Part shown: positions 24,375 through 35,010 of the stretch, in pieces | Numbering within the stretch: the stretch's first letter is position 1 | How the letters are laid out: the number at the start of each line of letters is the position of its first letter | Assembly (NCBI GenBank): GCA_028817035.1 | Contig: JAPPQH010000005.1 | Coordinates: 1 to 63,499 of the forward strand | DNA: 63,499 nucleotides | Reading direction: 5' to 3' | Source: Candidatus Campbellbacteria bacterium | Lineage (GTDB): Bacteria > Patescibacteriota > Minisyncoccia > Phycocordibacterales > JABAAK01 | Made by a program: the position numbers and the translations under genes | Notes under the pieces: model-generated | What the model saw: the letters and a program-made list of their open reading frames with translations, nothing else | Told to the model about the DNA's origin: nothing | Databases searched by the model: none

Positions 24375-26396
24375 TTACTTTTTATCTCCCTTTAATTCCC
24401 TTATTTCATCCCTTATTATCGCTGCGGTTTCAAAGTCAAGTATCTTAACTGCCTCTTCCATACTCTTCTTTTTGTCTTTCAGAAACTTCTTTGGGTTTTT
24501 GTCATATTTTTCCCTATCAAAAACAAGGAGTGATTTGACTGTTTTTTTGTGCCTGGTGCTTATCTGGCTTGTTATATCTTTTATCTCCTTTCTTACGGTC
24601 TTTGGGGTTATGTTGTGCTTTTTGTTATATGCGATCTGTATTTTTCTCCTACGGTTGGTCTCTGTGATGGCGTTTTTAAGTGCTGCTGTCTCCTTGTCTG
24701 CATACAAAAGAACACGGCTTGAAACATTCCTTGCTGCTCGCCCGATTGTCTGTATCAGAGAGGTGGTAGACCGCAAAAACCCTTCCTTGTCTGCGTCAAA
24801 GATGCCGACCAGTTCAACTTCAGGAAGGTCAAGCCCTTCACGCAACAAATTCACGCCAACAAGGACATCAAACTCCCCTTTTCTAAACTCTGTGAGTATT
24901 TCTATTCTCTGTATTGTCTTTATGTCGCTGTGTAGATATTTTGTCTTCACTCCCTGTTCTGTAAGATATGAAGAGAGGTCTTCTGCCATTTTCTTTGTGA
25001 GAACAGTTGCAAGAACACGCCCTTTCTTTTTTATCACTCCTTTTGCTTCTTTTATAAAATGTTGAACCTGACCTTTGTATTTACCACTTTCAGTAACAGG
25101 ATTAACCGATATCTCTGGGTCTACAAGTCCTGTGGGACGGATAATCTGTTCAATCACATTCTTTTTACTTTTTTCCAGTTCATATTCGGCTGGTGTTGCA
25201 GATGTGTATACAATCTGCCCAACTCTTTCACGAAATTCATCAAACTTTAGCGGTCTGTTGTCACAAGCAGATGGCAAACGGAAGCCGTATTTAACCAAAG
25301 TTTTCTTTCTTGATCTGTCGCCAGCATACATGCCTGCTATCTGTGGCGTTGTCACATGCGACTCATCTATAACCGTAAGGAAGTCAGGTGTGCCATCTTT
25401 TTTCTTTGGAAAATAAGACAAAAGCGTAAAGGGTGGTTCTCCTTTTTTCCGTCTGTCAAAAAATCTTGAGTAGTTTTCTATGCCCGAACAATATCCAACT
25501 TCAAGGATGAGGGATATGTCGTTTTGTGTTCGTCTTTTTAATCGTTCTGCTTCAAGGTTCATCCCTGCTTTCTGCAACGCTTTGATGGATTCTACCAATT
25601 CTTTTTTTATCTCTTTGACAACCAAAACCCTCTCTTCCTTTGAGGACACGAAGTGCTTTGCTGGAAATATAAAAAGTGTCTTTAGTTTTTCAAGCACTTG
25701 CCGTGTTATCGCATCAAGAACGACTATCTCCGAGATGCCGTCTGTTTCAAGCGATACACGATAAATAACCTCTTCACTGCTCGGCATCACCTCAATGGCG
25801 TTGCCCACTGCACGAAATGTCCCTGAACGCAAATCACCAGAAACTCTCTCAAAATAAACATTTATCAAGCGTCTCACAAAATCCCTTCTGTCTGTTTTCT
25901 CTCCCACTTTTACAGACAGATTGCTTTTTTCATATTCTTCAGGGTTTCCAAGACCATAAATGCAGGACACAGAGGCGACAACAATCACATCTCTCCTCGT
26001 AAGCAGTGCCTGAGTTGTGGCATGTCTCAATCTGTCAATCTCCTGATTTATTTTCGCATCTTTTTCAATGTATGTATCCGTTGTCGGAACATACGCCTCT
26101 GGCTGATAATAATCATAATAGGAGACAAAATAAGAAACAGCATTGTTGGGAAAAAACTCCCTATACTCCTGTGTAAGTTGTGCTGCGAGGGTTTTGTTAT
26201 GCGCGATTACAAGGGTTGGTAGGTTAAGTTTTGATATTACATTTGCTACTGTAAATGTTTTTCCAGAACCAGTAACGCCAAGAAGTGTTTGGTCTCTGTT
26301 TCCTTTCTTTATGGACTCCACAAGAGAGCGTATTGCTTTTGGCTGATCACCTGATGGTGCAAATGGAGACTTTAGAAGAAATTTTTCCTCTGCCAT
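24375..26396 (-). CDS. uvrB: Excinuclease ABC subunit B
   Basis: GVTGSGKT helicase motif I, DESH box and a C-terminal UVR motif (AAIIRDEI). Confidence 0.95.
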   Translation of the reverse strand: MAEEKFLLKSPFAPSGDQPKAIRSLVESIKKGNRDQTLLGVTGSGKTFTVANVISKLNLPTLVIAHNKTLAAQLTQEYREFFPNNAVSYFVSYYDYYQPEAYVPTTDTYIEKDAKINQEIDRLRHATTQALLTRRDVIVVASVSCIYGLGNPEEYEKSNLSVKVGEKTDRRDFVRRLINVYFERVSGDLRSGTFRAVGNAIEVMPSSEEVIYRVSLETDGISEIVVLDAITRQVLEKLKTLFIFPAKHFVSSKEERVLVVKEIKKELVESIKALQKAGMNLEAERLKRRTQNDISLILEVGYCSGIENYSRFFDRRKKGEPPFTLLSYFPKKKDGTPDFLTVIDESHVTTPQIAGMYAGDRSRKKTLVKYGFRLPSACDNRPLKFDEFRERVGQIVYTSATPAEYELEKSKKNVIEQIIRPTGLVDPEISVNPVTESGKYKGQVQHFIKEAKGVIKKKGRVLATVLTKKMAEDLSSYLTEQGVKTKYLHSDIKTIQRIEILTEFRKGEFDVLVGVNLLREGLDLPEVELVGIFDADKEGFLRSTTSLIQTIGRAARNVSSRVLLYADKETAALKNAITETNRRRKIQIAYNKKHNITPKTVRKEIKDITSQISTRHKKTVKSLLVFDREKYDKNPKKFLKDKKKSMEEAVKILDFETAAIIRDEIRELKGDKK

Positions 26397-26920
26397 TACT
26401 CTTCATCTAAGATTTCAATCAGAAAGATCTCAAAATACAGCGTTGAATTTCTTAGTGGATAGTAAGGAGAGTCTTCTGGAACAGAAGCATATGCAAGTTC
26501 AGGGGGTATCTTTACCAATCTTGTTCCACCTTCTCTCATTCCCAAAACAGCGATTTGGAAACCAGGGATGATAGGGCCTTCTCCCAATTTAAATTTAAGG
26601 GGTTCGTTATTGTTACCCAAGAGAGAAGAATCAAATACGCTACCGTCTTCAAACACTCCTGTGTAGTGAACTCTTACTGTGTCCCCTGCTGTTGGCGATC
26701 TGCCCTCTCCTTCTCTTTGATCAAACACAGCGAATCCAGAAGGGTCTTCTGATGGAAGTCGGTTCAGTGTGGAAGGTATGTAAGATTTTTCGTTTTCATT
26801 GTTTACATCACTCACTTGTGGGTTAGTGCCCTGCAAATTGAAATAACCAAATATGAAAAGCAAAAAGCCAATGACTATTATTGCTATTACGGTTTCTGTC
26901 TTATTTATTTTAGTTGCCAT
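26396..26920 (-). CDS. FKBP-type peptidyl-prolyl cis-trans isomerase, membrane-anchored
   Basis: N-terminal TM followed by GDTVRVHYTGVFEDGSVFDSS...FKLGEGPIIPGFQIAVLGMREG. Confidence 0.85.
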   Translation of the reverse strand: MATKINKTETVIAIIVIGFLLFIFGYFNLQGTNPQVSDVNNENEKSYIPSTLNRLPSEDPSGFAVFDQREGEGRSPTAGDTVRVHYTGVFEDGSVFDSSLLGNNNEPLKFKLGEGPIIPGFQIAVLGMREGGTRLVKIPPELAYASVPEDSPYYPLRNSTLYFEIFLIEILDEE

Positions 26921-26972
26921 AAGATACGATTTTAATGTTTATAAGTTTCATATTATAGAATACCACAAAATT

Positions 26973-28499
26973 TTATTTGTCTTTTTTGGGGGCAAGGAGA
27001 GGAAATAGTATTGTTTCTTTAAGGTTTTTCGTGCCCGTCAAAACAGCGACAAAACGCGATATTCCAAGCCCAAAGCCCACCATAGGCGGCATGCCGTGTT
27101 CCATGGCGGTCAAAAATTCCTCGTTCAGCCGTTCCGCTTCATTATCACCCCCCTTTCTTGCGCGTTCCTGCTTCATCAATGCCTCCCTCTGAACAACGGG
27201 GTCTATCAACTCAGAGTATGCTTTTACAAGTTCAACTCCTCCCACAACAATCTGGTAGCTATCCGCCACTTTCTCATTCTTATCGTTTGGTCGTGCAAGT
27301 GGAAACATATCAACTGGGTATTGGGTTACAAATGTTGGTTCAATTATATTTGGTCTTACTGTTTTTTTGTATAGTATATCAAGCAGAGCACCACTTGTTT
27401 TTCCTTTTATCTCTTTTTCACTTACACCTGTCGCGACTATTTTTTTTCTCAACTCGTCCTCGCTTGTGTCTGAATCAACGCCTTCTTTCTTCATTAAATC
27501 AAGAAATGCTATTTTTCTAAACGGAGGATCAAGTGAAACTGTCTTCGCTTCCCCACTCTCAGAAAACACAATACCTGTTTTTTTGCCAACTGTTGATAGC
27601 GCTGCTTGTGACAGCATATCTTCTGCCCACTCCATGCTTTCTTCAATAGATTTATAAGCACAATAAAATTCAAGCGACTGATATTCCTGCAAGTGCTCGG
27701 CATCAATGCCTTCGTTCCTAAAAACTGGTCCGATTTCAAAGACCCTTTCCTTTCCCCCTGCGACTGCCATCTTGAGATCCAATTCGCTTGCAATTCTCAA
27801 GTAAAGATCAACATCAAGGTAATTGTGATGTGTGACAAACGATTCTGCGTTTGCACCTCCTGGAAGATTCTGCAAAACACGAGTTGTAACTTCAACAAAG
27901 TCCCTTTCTTTCAGCCAATTTCTTAAAAAATCAACCATCTCTATCGCAACCCTCATCGTCTCTCTTGATTTTTCATTTAATATCAAATCAAGATATCTTT
28001 TTCTATAACGCAGTTCTGTGTCCTCTATACCAAAATGTTCTGAGGGCATCGGGTTTATCGCCTTACTCAACAGCTCAATCTCTGCAACACAAAGCGCAAG
28101 CTTGTCCTGTTTTGTCATAAACGGTTCACCAACAACACCGACAAAGTCCCCCATATCAAGCATATCCACAACAAAAGAGAATTTTTCTGCGCCCAAAATA
28201 TCTTCCTTGATAAATACCTGTAGTTCGCCACGCATATCCTGAATATTTACAAAAAGAATTTTTCCGTGATTGCGAATTGCTAAAATTCTTCCAGCCGTTC
28301 TTATGTCTTTTTTTGTGGAAGTAAATACATCCTCTGACTCTCTTAATTTATTCTCTTTTGCATAAAACATAACTTCATCAGTGAAATGCGTTTTTGCAAA
28401 ATTAGATTTATAGGGGTTGTCCCCTTTTGATTTTAATTCTTGGGCTTTTTTTATTCGTGTTTCCCTTTCATTCTCTATTGGCTCTATCGTATCGTTCAT
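26973..28499 (-). CDS. lysS: Lysine--tRNA ligase (class II)
   Basis: OB-fold N domain and class II motifs (FRNEG, GGxGLGIxR-like GFGLGISR). TATACT lies 7 nt upstream of the ATG. Confidence 0.92.
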   Translation of the reverse strand: MNDTIEPIENERETRIKKAQELKSKGDNPYKSNFAKTHFTDEVMFYAKENKLRESEDVFTSTKKDIRTAGRILAIRNHGKILFVNIQDMRGELQVFIKEDILGAEKFSFVVDMLDMGDFVGVVGEPFMTKQDKLALCVAEIELLSKAINPMPSEHFGIEDTELRYRKRYLDLILNEKSRETMRVAIEMVDFLRNWLKERDFVEVTTRVLQNLPGGANAESFVTHHNYLDVDLYLRIASELDLKMAVAGGKERVFEIGPVFRNEGIDAEHLQEYQSLEFYCAYKSIEESMEWAEDMLSQAALSTVGKKTGIVFSESGEAKTVSLDPPFRKIAFLDLMKKEGVDSDTSEDELRKKIVATGVSEKEIKGKTSGALLDILYKKTVRPNIIEPTFVTQYPVDMFPLARPNDKNEKVADSYQIVVGGVELVKAYSELIDPVVQREALMKQERARKGGDNEAERLNEEFLTAMEHGMPPMVGFGLGISRFVAVLTGTKNLKETILFPLLAPKKDK

Positions 28500-28531
28500 T
28501 GATTTGAGTATAACATAAAGTATTTTTTATT

Positions 28532-29674
28532 TTATTGGAAAAATGCTGGATAAACAAAACCAAAGGCAGCCATTGACGGAACTTCTTCTGATGTTCCGTC
28601 ATAGAAAAAGCGGACTGTTTCAAGCTCACCATCCCATACTGCCCTTACTTGCCTATCACCCAACGCAAACAATTGCTCACCCGCGCTCTCAATCTCCTTG
28701 CGAACAGCGACAAAAGAATTACCGCCAAACCTGTCAAATACATTATCAACCGCCTCAAAAACGACAAAGGTTATTTCTTTTACGCTGACCTCTCTTGATT
28801 CTTGATTGCGTGCAGGAAAGATTGTAAGAGCAATTTTGGATAATAGTGTAGAGAGAAACCTGCCAAATACATTATCAACCGACTCAAAAACGACAAAGTT
28901 TGTTTCTTTTACGCTGACCTCTCTTGATTCTTGATTGCGTACAGGAAAGATTAAAAGATCATTTGTGTAATAAGTTCCATAGGGATATGACGAATAATTC
29001 CTTCTATGACCTGTTTTTGTGGAGAGTATCTTTGTGTCTGGGTATTTCTCCACCCACTTCCCAAGCTCTGTTCTATACGCTGGTATCCGTTCAAGGACAT
29101 CATTTGTTTTTTCACCGAGAGCGCCTATGCCCCACGGCTGAACCCATAGTGAGTCCGTCTTTCTGTCATACATAACAAGGCATGAGTGGTATAACTTTCC
29201 CGACACACCAAATGTCGTTTCTTCTCCGTCAATCATCCTTATAAAAACAGAGTTTGTCTCGCAGAGCGGACAATAGCTTACCGCGATGGGAAGACCGCCT
29301 ATTGTGTCATTTACTATTTCATGCCAGTTGAGGATGCCGTATGGATACGCCTTCGCCTCACCGTTATGAAACACACCTATTATAAGTTCATCATCGCCAA
29401 AAGGCGTTGTGTCTTTGTTATCAAACTGCGGAGAGTCCATTGATGGTATCCCGTCTTTTGGCGGACCACCTGACAAAAGAGAACGCCTGTCTATGCGACC
29501 TTCGGTCTCTGTGATGTTCTTAAAGTCCTCGTCATATTTTTCAAGTAATGGATTGTTGGTTATGGTAAAAAACCCCCAAGCCCGTGCAGTAGAAAGTTTT
29601 ACATCTTCCCAAAAATAAACCACCGCACCTAAAATTACAGCAACAAAAATATATATGACAAATTTATTACCCAT
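28532..29674 (-). CDS. DUF3179 domain protein with an internal 43-aa tandem duplication
   Basis: PKDGIPSMDSPQF motif. 129-bp near-identical repeats from about 28735 and 28864. Confidence 0.7.
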   Translation of the reverse strand: MGNKFVIYIFVAVILGAVVYFWEDVKLSTARAWGFFTITNNPLLEKYDEDFKNITETEGRIDRRSLLSGGPPKDGIPSMDSPQFDNKDTTPFGDDELIIGVFHNGEAKAYPYGILNWHEIVNDTIGGLPIAVSYCPLCETNSVFIRMIDGEETTFGVSGKLYHSCLVMYDRKTDSLWVQPWGIGALGEKTNDVLERIPAYRTELGKWVEKYPDTKILSTKTGHRRNYSSYPYGTYYTNDLLIFPVRNQESREVSVKETNFVVFESVDNVFGRFLSTLLSKIALTIFPARNQESREVSVKEITFVVFEAVDNVFDRFGGNSFVAVRKEIESAGEQLFALGDRQVRAVWDGELETVRFFYDGTSEEVPSMAAFGFVYPAFFQ

Positions 29675-29717
29675 AAAACCACTTTATAACTTTCTGCACT
29701 GAATTACAAGGTGGGGA

Positions 29718-32198
29718 TTAACTGCCACAAGACAAGCAAGTATTTGGCGGACTTGTTGGGTCATCATCCGATGAAACAATAGGGGTTGTTATTTTCTGTC
29801 TTGAAGGTTCTTTTTCTTCAATAAGCGCTTTTTGCGAGTCGTTTGATGGAGAAATGTTTGTGTTGATAAGTCGGTCTTCTTTTCTCTCCACGCCTTCCTG
29901 TTCTTCACTATTTTTATTCTGCTTGATTTCCTGTTTGACGGTGAACTTGATGGCGTCAGCAGATGCACGGGTTCTGAAATAATACATGCCGGTTTTCAAT
30001 CCTTTCTTCCATGCATAAAAATGCATAGATGTCATTTTGTTAAATGCGGGCTCTGCGACAAACACACTCATTGATTGAGATTGGTCTATAAACGGTCCCC
30101 TGTCAGCTGCCATATCAATAACCGATCTCATAGAAATTTCCCACGCTGTTTTGTAAACACTTTTTATACTTTCTGGAAGATAATCAATTTCTTGGACTGA
30201 ACCATTGTGACGCATAAGGTCTTGTCGCATATTTTCACTCCACAATCCTCTATCAATCAATTCCTTCATCAAATGTTTATTAACAACAACAAATTCCCCC
30301 GCGAGAGTTCTGCGAACATATAGGTTGGAGGTTTGCGGCTCAAAAGATTCTATGTTTCCAAGTATCTGTGCTGTAGATGCGGTCGGCATGGTCGCAACCA
30401 AAAGAGAGTTGCGTACTCCGTGTTTCTTTATTGATTCGCGTAGTTTGCCCCAATCCCACATTCCAGAAAGATCTTCATCAGTCAGTCCCCACATCTGATA
30501 TTGGAATATGCCCTTTGATATAGGCGAACCCTTGTAAGTTTTGTAAGGACCCTCTTTTTTCGCCAACTCGTTGGAAGCCGTAAGAGCACTAAAATATATC
30601 GTTTCAAAAATTTCTTGGTTCAGCTGCCTCGCCTCAGGGGAATCATAAGAAACATTCATCATCATAAACACATCAGAAAGACCCTGCACACCTATTCCTA
30701 TAGGTCTATGTCTTAAGTTTGAACGCTCTGCTTCTTTGACGGGATAAAAGTTTTTGTCTATCACTTGGTTCAAGTTCCTTGCTACCTTTTGAACAATCTC
30801 AGAAAGTTTCTTGTAGTTAAAAGACCTATCTTCCACAAACTTAGGCAACGCGATGGATGCGAGGTTACACACCGCGACTTCATCGGGTGAAGTGTACTCC
30901 ACAATTTCTACACATAGGTTTGATGACCTTATTGTTCCCAAATTTTTCTGATTAGATTTTCTGTTTACTGCATCTTTGTAAAGAATGTATGGGACTCCTG
31001 TTTCAATCTGGGAATCAAGTATCTTTAACCAAAGACTTCTCGCAGAGATTGTTTTACGACCCTTGCCCGCTTGTTCATACTCTTTGTATTTTGCTTCAAA
31101 CTCCTCACCATACAAATCACAAAGACCAGGACACTCATTAGGACACATGAGAGTCCAGTTCTCATCATTTTCAACCCTACTCATAAACAAGTCCGGAATC
31201 CAAAGAGCCATAAACAAATCCCGTGCTCGCAATTCCTCTGCGCCGTGATTCTTGCGCAAATCAAGAAACGCCTCAACATCCGAGTGCCACGGCTCAAGGT
31301 AAACAGATATAGAACCATTTCTTTTTCCTCCTTGATTAACATATAGCGCGGTCTCATTAAACACTTTTAGCATAGGGACAATTCCATTTGAAACACCGTT
31401 TGTTCCAGCGATATGACTTTGTGACGAACGGACATTCTGAACTGAAAGACCAATGCCGCCTCCCCACTTGGATATAAGCGCACATCTTCTCAATGTTTCA
31501 TATATACCTTCTATACTGTCACCTGCCATAGAAAGCAAGAAACAGGAAGACATTTGTGGCGTGTTTGTCCCTGCATTAAACAAAGTTGGTGTCGCGTGAG
31601 TAAACACACCAGTTGACATCAGCTCGTATGTTTTTAATACCTCCTCTATATCAGGTGCATTCACGCCTATTGCAACGCGCATAAACAAATGTTGCGGTCG
31701 TTCTATTATTTTGCCATCAACCTTAAACAAATAAGCGTTCATAAGCGTTTTCAAACCAAAATAGTCAAACATATTGTCTCTCTCATAATCAATAGCAGAT
31801 TCTATTCTCTTTTGGTGTTTTTTTGCAAAGGCAACAAAATCGTCCGACACGAGGGGTGCTTTTTTACCGGTTTTGCTTGCTATATGTTCGTTAAGAAGAA
31901 CGGCTGTTTTAAGAAATTCATCACCTGTATTTTTATGTAAGTTTGAGACCATTATCCGTGCAGCAAATCGTCCGTAGTCAGGGTGCTCTGTTGAGAGTGC
32001 TGCCGCAATCTCAGAAGAAAGAAAATCAATCTCACTTGTCTTCATTCCCGTCTTAAAAGATTCAATTGATTTCTGCGCAACCAAAACTGGATCAACTATT
32101 TTTGAGAGACCTTTGGAAAGTTTTTCCAACCTTGTTTTTATTTTATCAAATTTTACACTCTCCCTCTTCCCATCTCTATTTATTACATACATAGTCAT
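29718..32198 (-). CDS. nrdA: Ribonucleoside-diphosphate reductase alpha subunit (class I)
   Basis: ATP-cone N terminus, catalytic NLC.E region and a C-terminal CLSCGS tail after a low-complexity extension. Confidence 0.93.
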   Translation of the reverse strand: MTMYVINRDGKRESVKFDKIKTRLEKLSKGLSKIVDPVLVAQKSIESFKTGMKTSEIDFLSSEIAAALSTEHPDYGRFAARIMVSNLHKNTGDEFLKTAVLLNEHIASKTGKKAPLVSDDFVAFAKKHQKRIESAIDYERDNMFDYFGLKTLMNAYLFKVDGKIIERPQHLFMRVAIGVNAPDIEEVLKTYELMSTGVFTHATPTLFNAGTNTPQMSSCFLLSMAGDSIEGIYETLRRCALISKWGGGIGLSVQNVRSSQSHIAGTNGVSNGIVPMLKVFNETALYVNQGGKRNGSISVYLEPWHSDVEAFLDLRKNHGAEELRARDLFMALWIPDLFMSRVENDENWTLMCPNECPGLCDLYGEEFEAKYKEYEQAGKGRKTISARSLWLKILDSQIETGVPYILYKDAVNRKSNQKNLGTIRSSNLCVEIVEYTSPDEVAVCNLASIALPKFVEDRSFNYKKLSEIVQKVARNLNQVIDKNFYPVKEAERSNLRHRPIGIGVQGLSDVFMMMNVSYDSPEARQLNQEIFETIYFSALTASNELAKKEGPYKTYKGSPISKGIFQYQMWGLTDEDLSGMWDWGKLRESIKKHGVRNSLLVATMPTASTAQILGNIESFEPQTSNLYVRRTLAGEFVVVNKHLMKELIDRGLWSENMRQDLMRHNGSVQEIDYLPESIKSVYKTAWEISMRSVIDMAADRGPFIDQSQSMSVFVAEPAFNKMTSMHFYAWKKGLKTGMYYFRTRASADAIKFTVKQEIKQNKNSEEQEGVERKEDRLINTNISPSNDSQKALIEEKEPSRQKITTPIVSSDDDPTSPPNTCLSCGS

Positions 32199-32201
32199 AA
32201 G

Positions 32202-33194
32202 CTAAAAATTATTAGTTTCTTTAAAAGCGTCTTCTCGCCCCCCCGACAAGACACCCGATTTTTGATAATCCCCCACTCTTTTTTCAAAGAAGTTTGTCTT
32301 GCCCGAAAGTGAAATCATATCCATAAATGGAAATGGATTGGAAACATTGAACACCGGTTGACAGTTAAGCGATACGAGCAAGTGGTCAGCAACATACTCA
32401 AGATATTTTTCCATCAAACCCGCATTCATTCCGATAAGTTTAACAGGTAGTGCTTCAAGGATAAATTTCTTTTCAATAACAAGAGCATCTGCAATTATTT
32501 CTTTTATTCTGTTTTCCTCCAATTTATTTACAATGTGGTTGTTGTAAAGGTGTACTGCAAAGTCGCGGTGCATACCTTCGTCTCTTGAGATAAGTTCATT
32601 TGAAAAAGTAAGTCCTGGCATAACACCTTTGCTCTTCAACCAAAAGAGTGCACAAAAACTTCCAGAGAAAAATATTCCTTCAACTGCAGCAAAAGCAATC
32701 AATCGTTCTGCAAAACTATTAGAATCAACCCACCTAAGTGCCCAATTACCTTTTTCTCCCACACTCGGCATCGTTTTCAAGGCATTAAATATTTTTTCTT
32801 GTTCTGCTACATCATCTATGTAAGTTGCGATCAGTTGTGAGTACATTTCGGAATGAATGTTTTCCATCATCACCTGAAACCCATAAAAAAATCTTGCTTC
32901 TGGATATTGAACTTCCTTTAAGAAATTTTCTGCAATGTTTTCGTTGACTATCCCGTCACTTGCAGCAAAAAAACCGAGGATATATTTAATGAAATGTCTT
33001 TCGTCATCAGTTAATTTCTTCCAGTGTGGTAAATCAGGAGCCAATTGTACTTCTGACACAGTCCAAAAGTTTGCTTCTGCCTTTTTATACCACTCCCAAA
33101 TGTCGTTATGTTTAATTGGAAATAAAACAAACCTATTGTCGTTCTTTCTTAGTATTGGTTCTTCATTAAGATTTGTTTTCATAGTTAACTTCAA
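32202..33194 (-). CDS. nrdB: Ribonucleoside-diphosphate reductase beta subunit
   Basis: Di-iron/tyrosyl radical motifs ([14 protein letters not shown]). Directly upstream of nrdA on the same strand. Confidence 0.93.
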   Translation of the reverse strand: MKLTMKTNLNEEPILRKNDNRFVLFPIKHNDIWEWYKKAEANFWTVSEVQLAPDLPHWKKLTDDERHFIKYILGFFAASDGIVNENIAENFLKEVQYPEARFFYGFQVMMENIHSEMYSQLIATYIDDVAEQEKIFNALKTMPSVGEKGNWALRWVDSNSFAERLIAFAAVEGIFFSGSFCALFWLKSKGVMPGLTFSNELISRDEGMHRDFAVHLYNNHIVNKLEENRIKEIIADALVIEKKFILEALPVKLIGMNAGLMEKYLEYVADHLLVSLNCQPVFNVSNPFPFMDMISLSGKTNFFEKRVGDYQKSGVLSGGREDAFKETNNF

Positions 33195-33336
33195 GAATGT
33201 ATTTATATATTACACCAAAAAAAATGGTTTTATATTTTTGTCGCAGAGGAATTTGTGGGTAAAGTTGGGAAAACCAGCAACCTCGCTTAAAAATTTATCA
33301 ATTCCCAAGACAAAAAATTACAGCGCAACCGCCTTG

Positions 33337-33645
33337 CTATTGACGAGATTTCTTTTTTATGCTGAAGATATTTTTCTGCTCAATCCAAACACCTATTGAA
33401 TAGTATATGAGAAAGTTTATAGTCGCACCCATGAATACTATGATGTAAAAAATTGTAGGATCTGAAGAATAAACTGGCATCGTGGGAATACTTACAACAA
33501 GAGAAACAATAAACTGCGACAGTGGATACCCCGCAAGCAACGCAAGCAATATGGAAGTCGGCGCGTATGCAAGGGCAATAGACAAAATAAACCAAATAAT
33601 TACACACCAAGCGATAGGTCTTCTAAGAAGTTTTATATATCTCAT
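33337..33645 (-). CDS. Hypothetical small membrane protein
   Basis: 102 aa, three hydrophobic helices. Confidence 0.5.
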   Translation of the reverse strand: MRYIKLLRRPIAWCVIIWFILSIALAYAPTSILLALLAGYPLSQFIVSLVVSIPTMPVYSSDPTIFYIIVFMGATINFLIYYSIGVWIEQKNIFSIKKKSRQ

Positions 33646-33663
33646 TCAATTGTATTTTATTCT

Positions 33664-34254
33664 TTATATCTTCCCTACCAAGTTCTCTCCAGGCTCAAGC
33701 TTGTCTTTTCCAGGTTCCCAACTTGCAGGACAAACTTTCTTTCCACCTGTTTTTTCTACTTCAATGGCTGCACGCAACTTACGAAGAAGTTCTTTAGCAG
33801 AACGACCTATTGAATTGTCGTTTATCTCTACACTCTTTACAATTCCATCTTTGTTCAAAAGATATGTTCCGCGCAAAGTAACACCTTCATCATCAATATA
33901 AATACCAAAACTTTTGGCAATTTTTCCCGTTGCGTCAGATCCCATAGGAAACCCAACTTTTGAAACAGCAGGAGATGTGTCGTGCCACGCTTTGTGAGCA
34001 AACGCTGTATCGGTTGAGAAAGAAATTACTTCTGCTCCCTCTTTCTTAAACTCTTCATAGTATTGCGCCATCTCTTCAAGTTCAGTGGGACATATAAATG
34101 TAAAGTCGGCAGGATAAAAGAATAGTATTAACCATTTTCCTCTAAAATCAGAGAATTTTTTTCTTTCTATCTTTCCATTTTGATATAAATCAAAACTGCA
34201 GTCAGGTACTTCTTTGGAAACACCTATTATTTTATTATTTATGTTATCTTCCAT
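33664..34254 (-). CDS. Peroxiredoxin (2-Cys AhpC/Prx family)
   Basis: FYPADFTFICPTE peroxidatic Cys motif and a resolving Cys in KKVCPASW. Confidence 0.9.
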   Translation of the reverse strand: MEDNINNKIIGVSKEVPDCSFDLYQNGKIERKKFSDFRGKWLILFFYPADFTFICPTELEEMAQYYEEFKKEGAEVISFSTDTAFAHKAWHDTSPAVSKVGFPMGSDATGKIAKSFGIYIDDEGVTLRGTYLLNKDGIVKSVEINDNSIGRSAKELLRKLRAAIEVEKTGGKKVCPASWEPGKDKLEPGENLVGKI

Positions 34255-34308
34255 ATTGGTTTGAAAATCAAATTTTATTTGTTATCATTTGTAATAAATA
34301 CACATTAT

Positions 34309-34947
34309 ATGTTACACAAAATACATAATTATATCAACACCGATATTTCGTTAAATCATAAATTTTTCAAAAACAAGGGTGCCGTTCGTGTTGCCCGCGC
34401 TCTCTTGGGCAAGGCAATCATAATTCACAGGTTGGAGGGTGTGAGTCCAATTGGAAAGACCGAATACGACCTTGCCGAGCTTGCGAGGCAAGTCAAGCGA
34501 GTGGCGGAGCCGCGAGCGATAATAAATAAGGTAGCAATAATAACAGAAACAGAGGCATATACACAAAAGGATGAGGCATCGCATTCTTTTCGTGGAAAAA
34601 CTGAAAGAAACAAAAGCATGTTTCTCAGAGCTGGCTATTCATATGTATATCTCATATATGGCGTCCATCACTGCCTTAATATAGTAGCCGAGAAAGAAGG
34701 GGTCGGATCTGCCGTTTTGATAAGAGGGGTGATTCTGAAAGAAGGAGAAAAAGAAAGGAAAATAGCAGGACCTGGCAGGGTCTGTAAGGAACTTAAAATC
34801 AGCAGAAAACACGATGGAATTGATTTGCTTGATATACAAAGCCCTATATTTATAGCAGATGTTGGAATATCAGCGAAAAATATCAAAAGATCGGAAAGAA
34901 TCGGCATCTCAAAAGGAAAAGAGAAGAAATGGAGATTCATCGCCTAA
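34309..34947 (+). CDS. mpg: DNA-3-methyladenine glycosylase (MPG/AAG family) carrying an in-frame repeat insertion
   Basis: VARALLGK, ITETEAY, ASHSFRG, GYSYVYLIYGVHHCLNIV motifs. Residues LAELARQVKRVAEPRAIINK are encoded by repeat copy R3. Confidence 0.8.
   Translation: MLHKIHNYINTDISLNHKFFKNKGAVRVARALLGKAIIIHRLEGVSPIGKTEYDLAELARQVKRVAEPRAIINKVAIITETEAYTQKDEASHSFRGKTERNKSMFLRAGYSYVYLIYGVHHCLNIVAEKEGVGSAVLIRGVILKEGEKERKIAGPGRVCKELKISRKHDGIDLLDIQSPIFIADVGISAKNIKRSERIGISKGKEKKWRFIA
34472..34531 (+). repeat. GC-rich interspersed repeat, copy R3, 60 bp, inside the mpg CDS
   Basis: Near-identical to 1-60 of the window: TTGCCGAGCTTGCGAGGCAAGTCAAGCGAGTGGCGGAGCCGCGAGCGATAATAAATAAG. Confidence 0.85.
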
Positions 34948-35010
34948 GGGTTGATAATAGTGGGATAATAGGGGGTTGACAGATGGTTGGCTTGGGTGTA
35001 AGATACTAAA

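Noticed and set aside
33195-33260. NrdR-box-like AT-rich palindrome upstream of nrdB (GGTGTAATATATAAATACA).
   Set aside because: It is only a partial, imperfect match to the NrdR box as I remember it, in an AT-rich promoter where such strings arise easily. There is no second box at the expected spacing.
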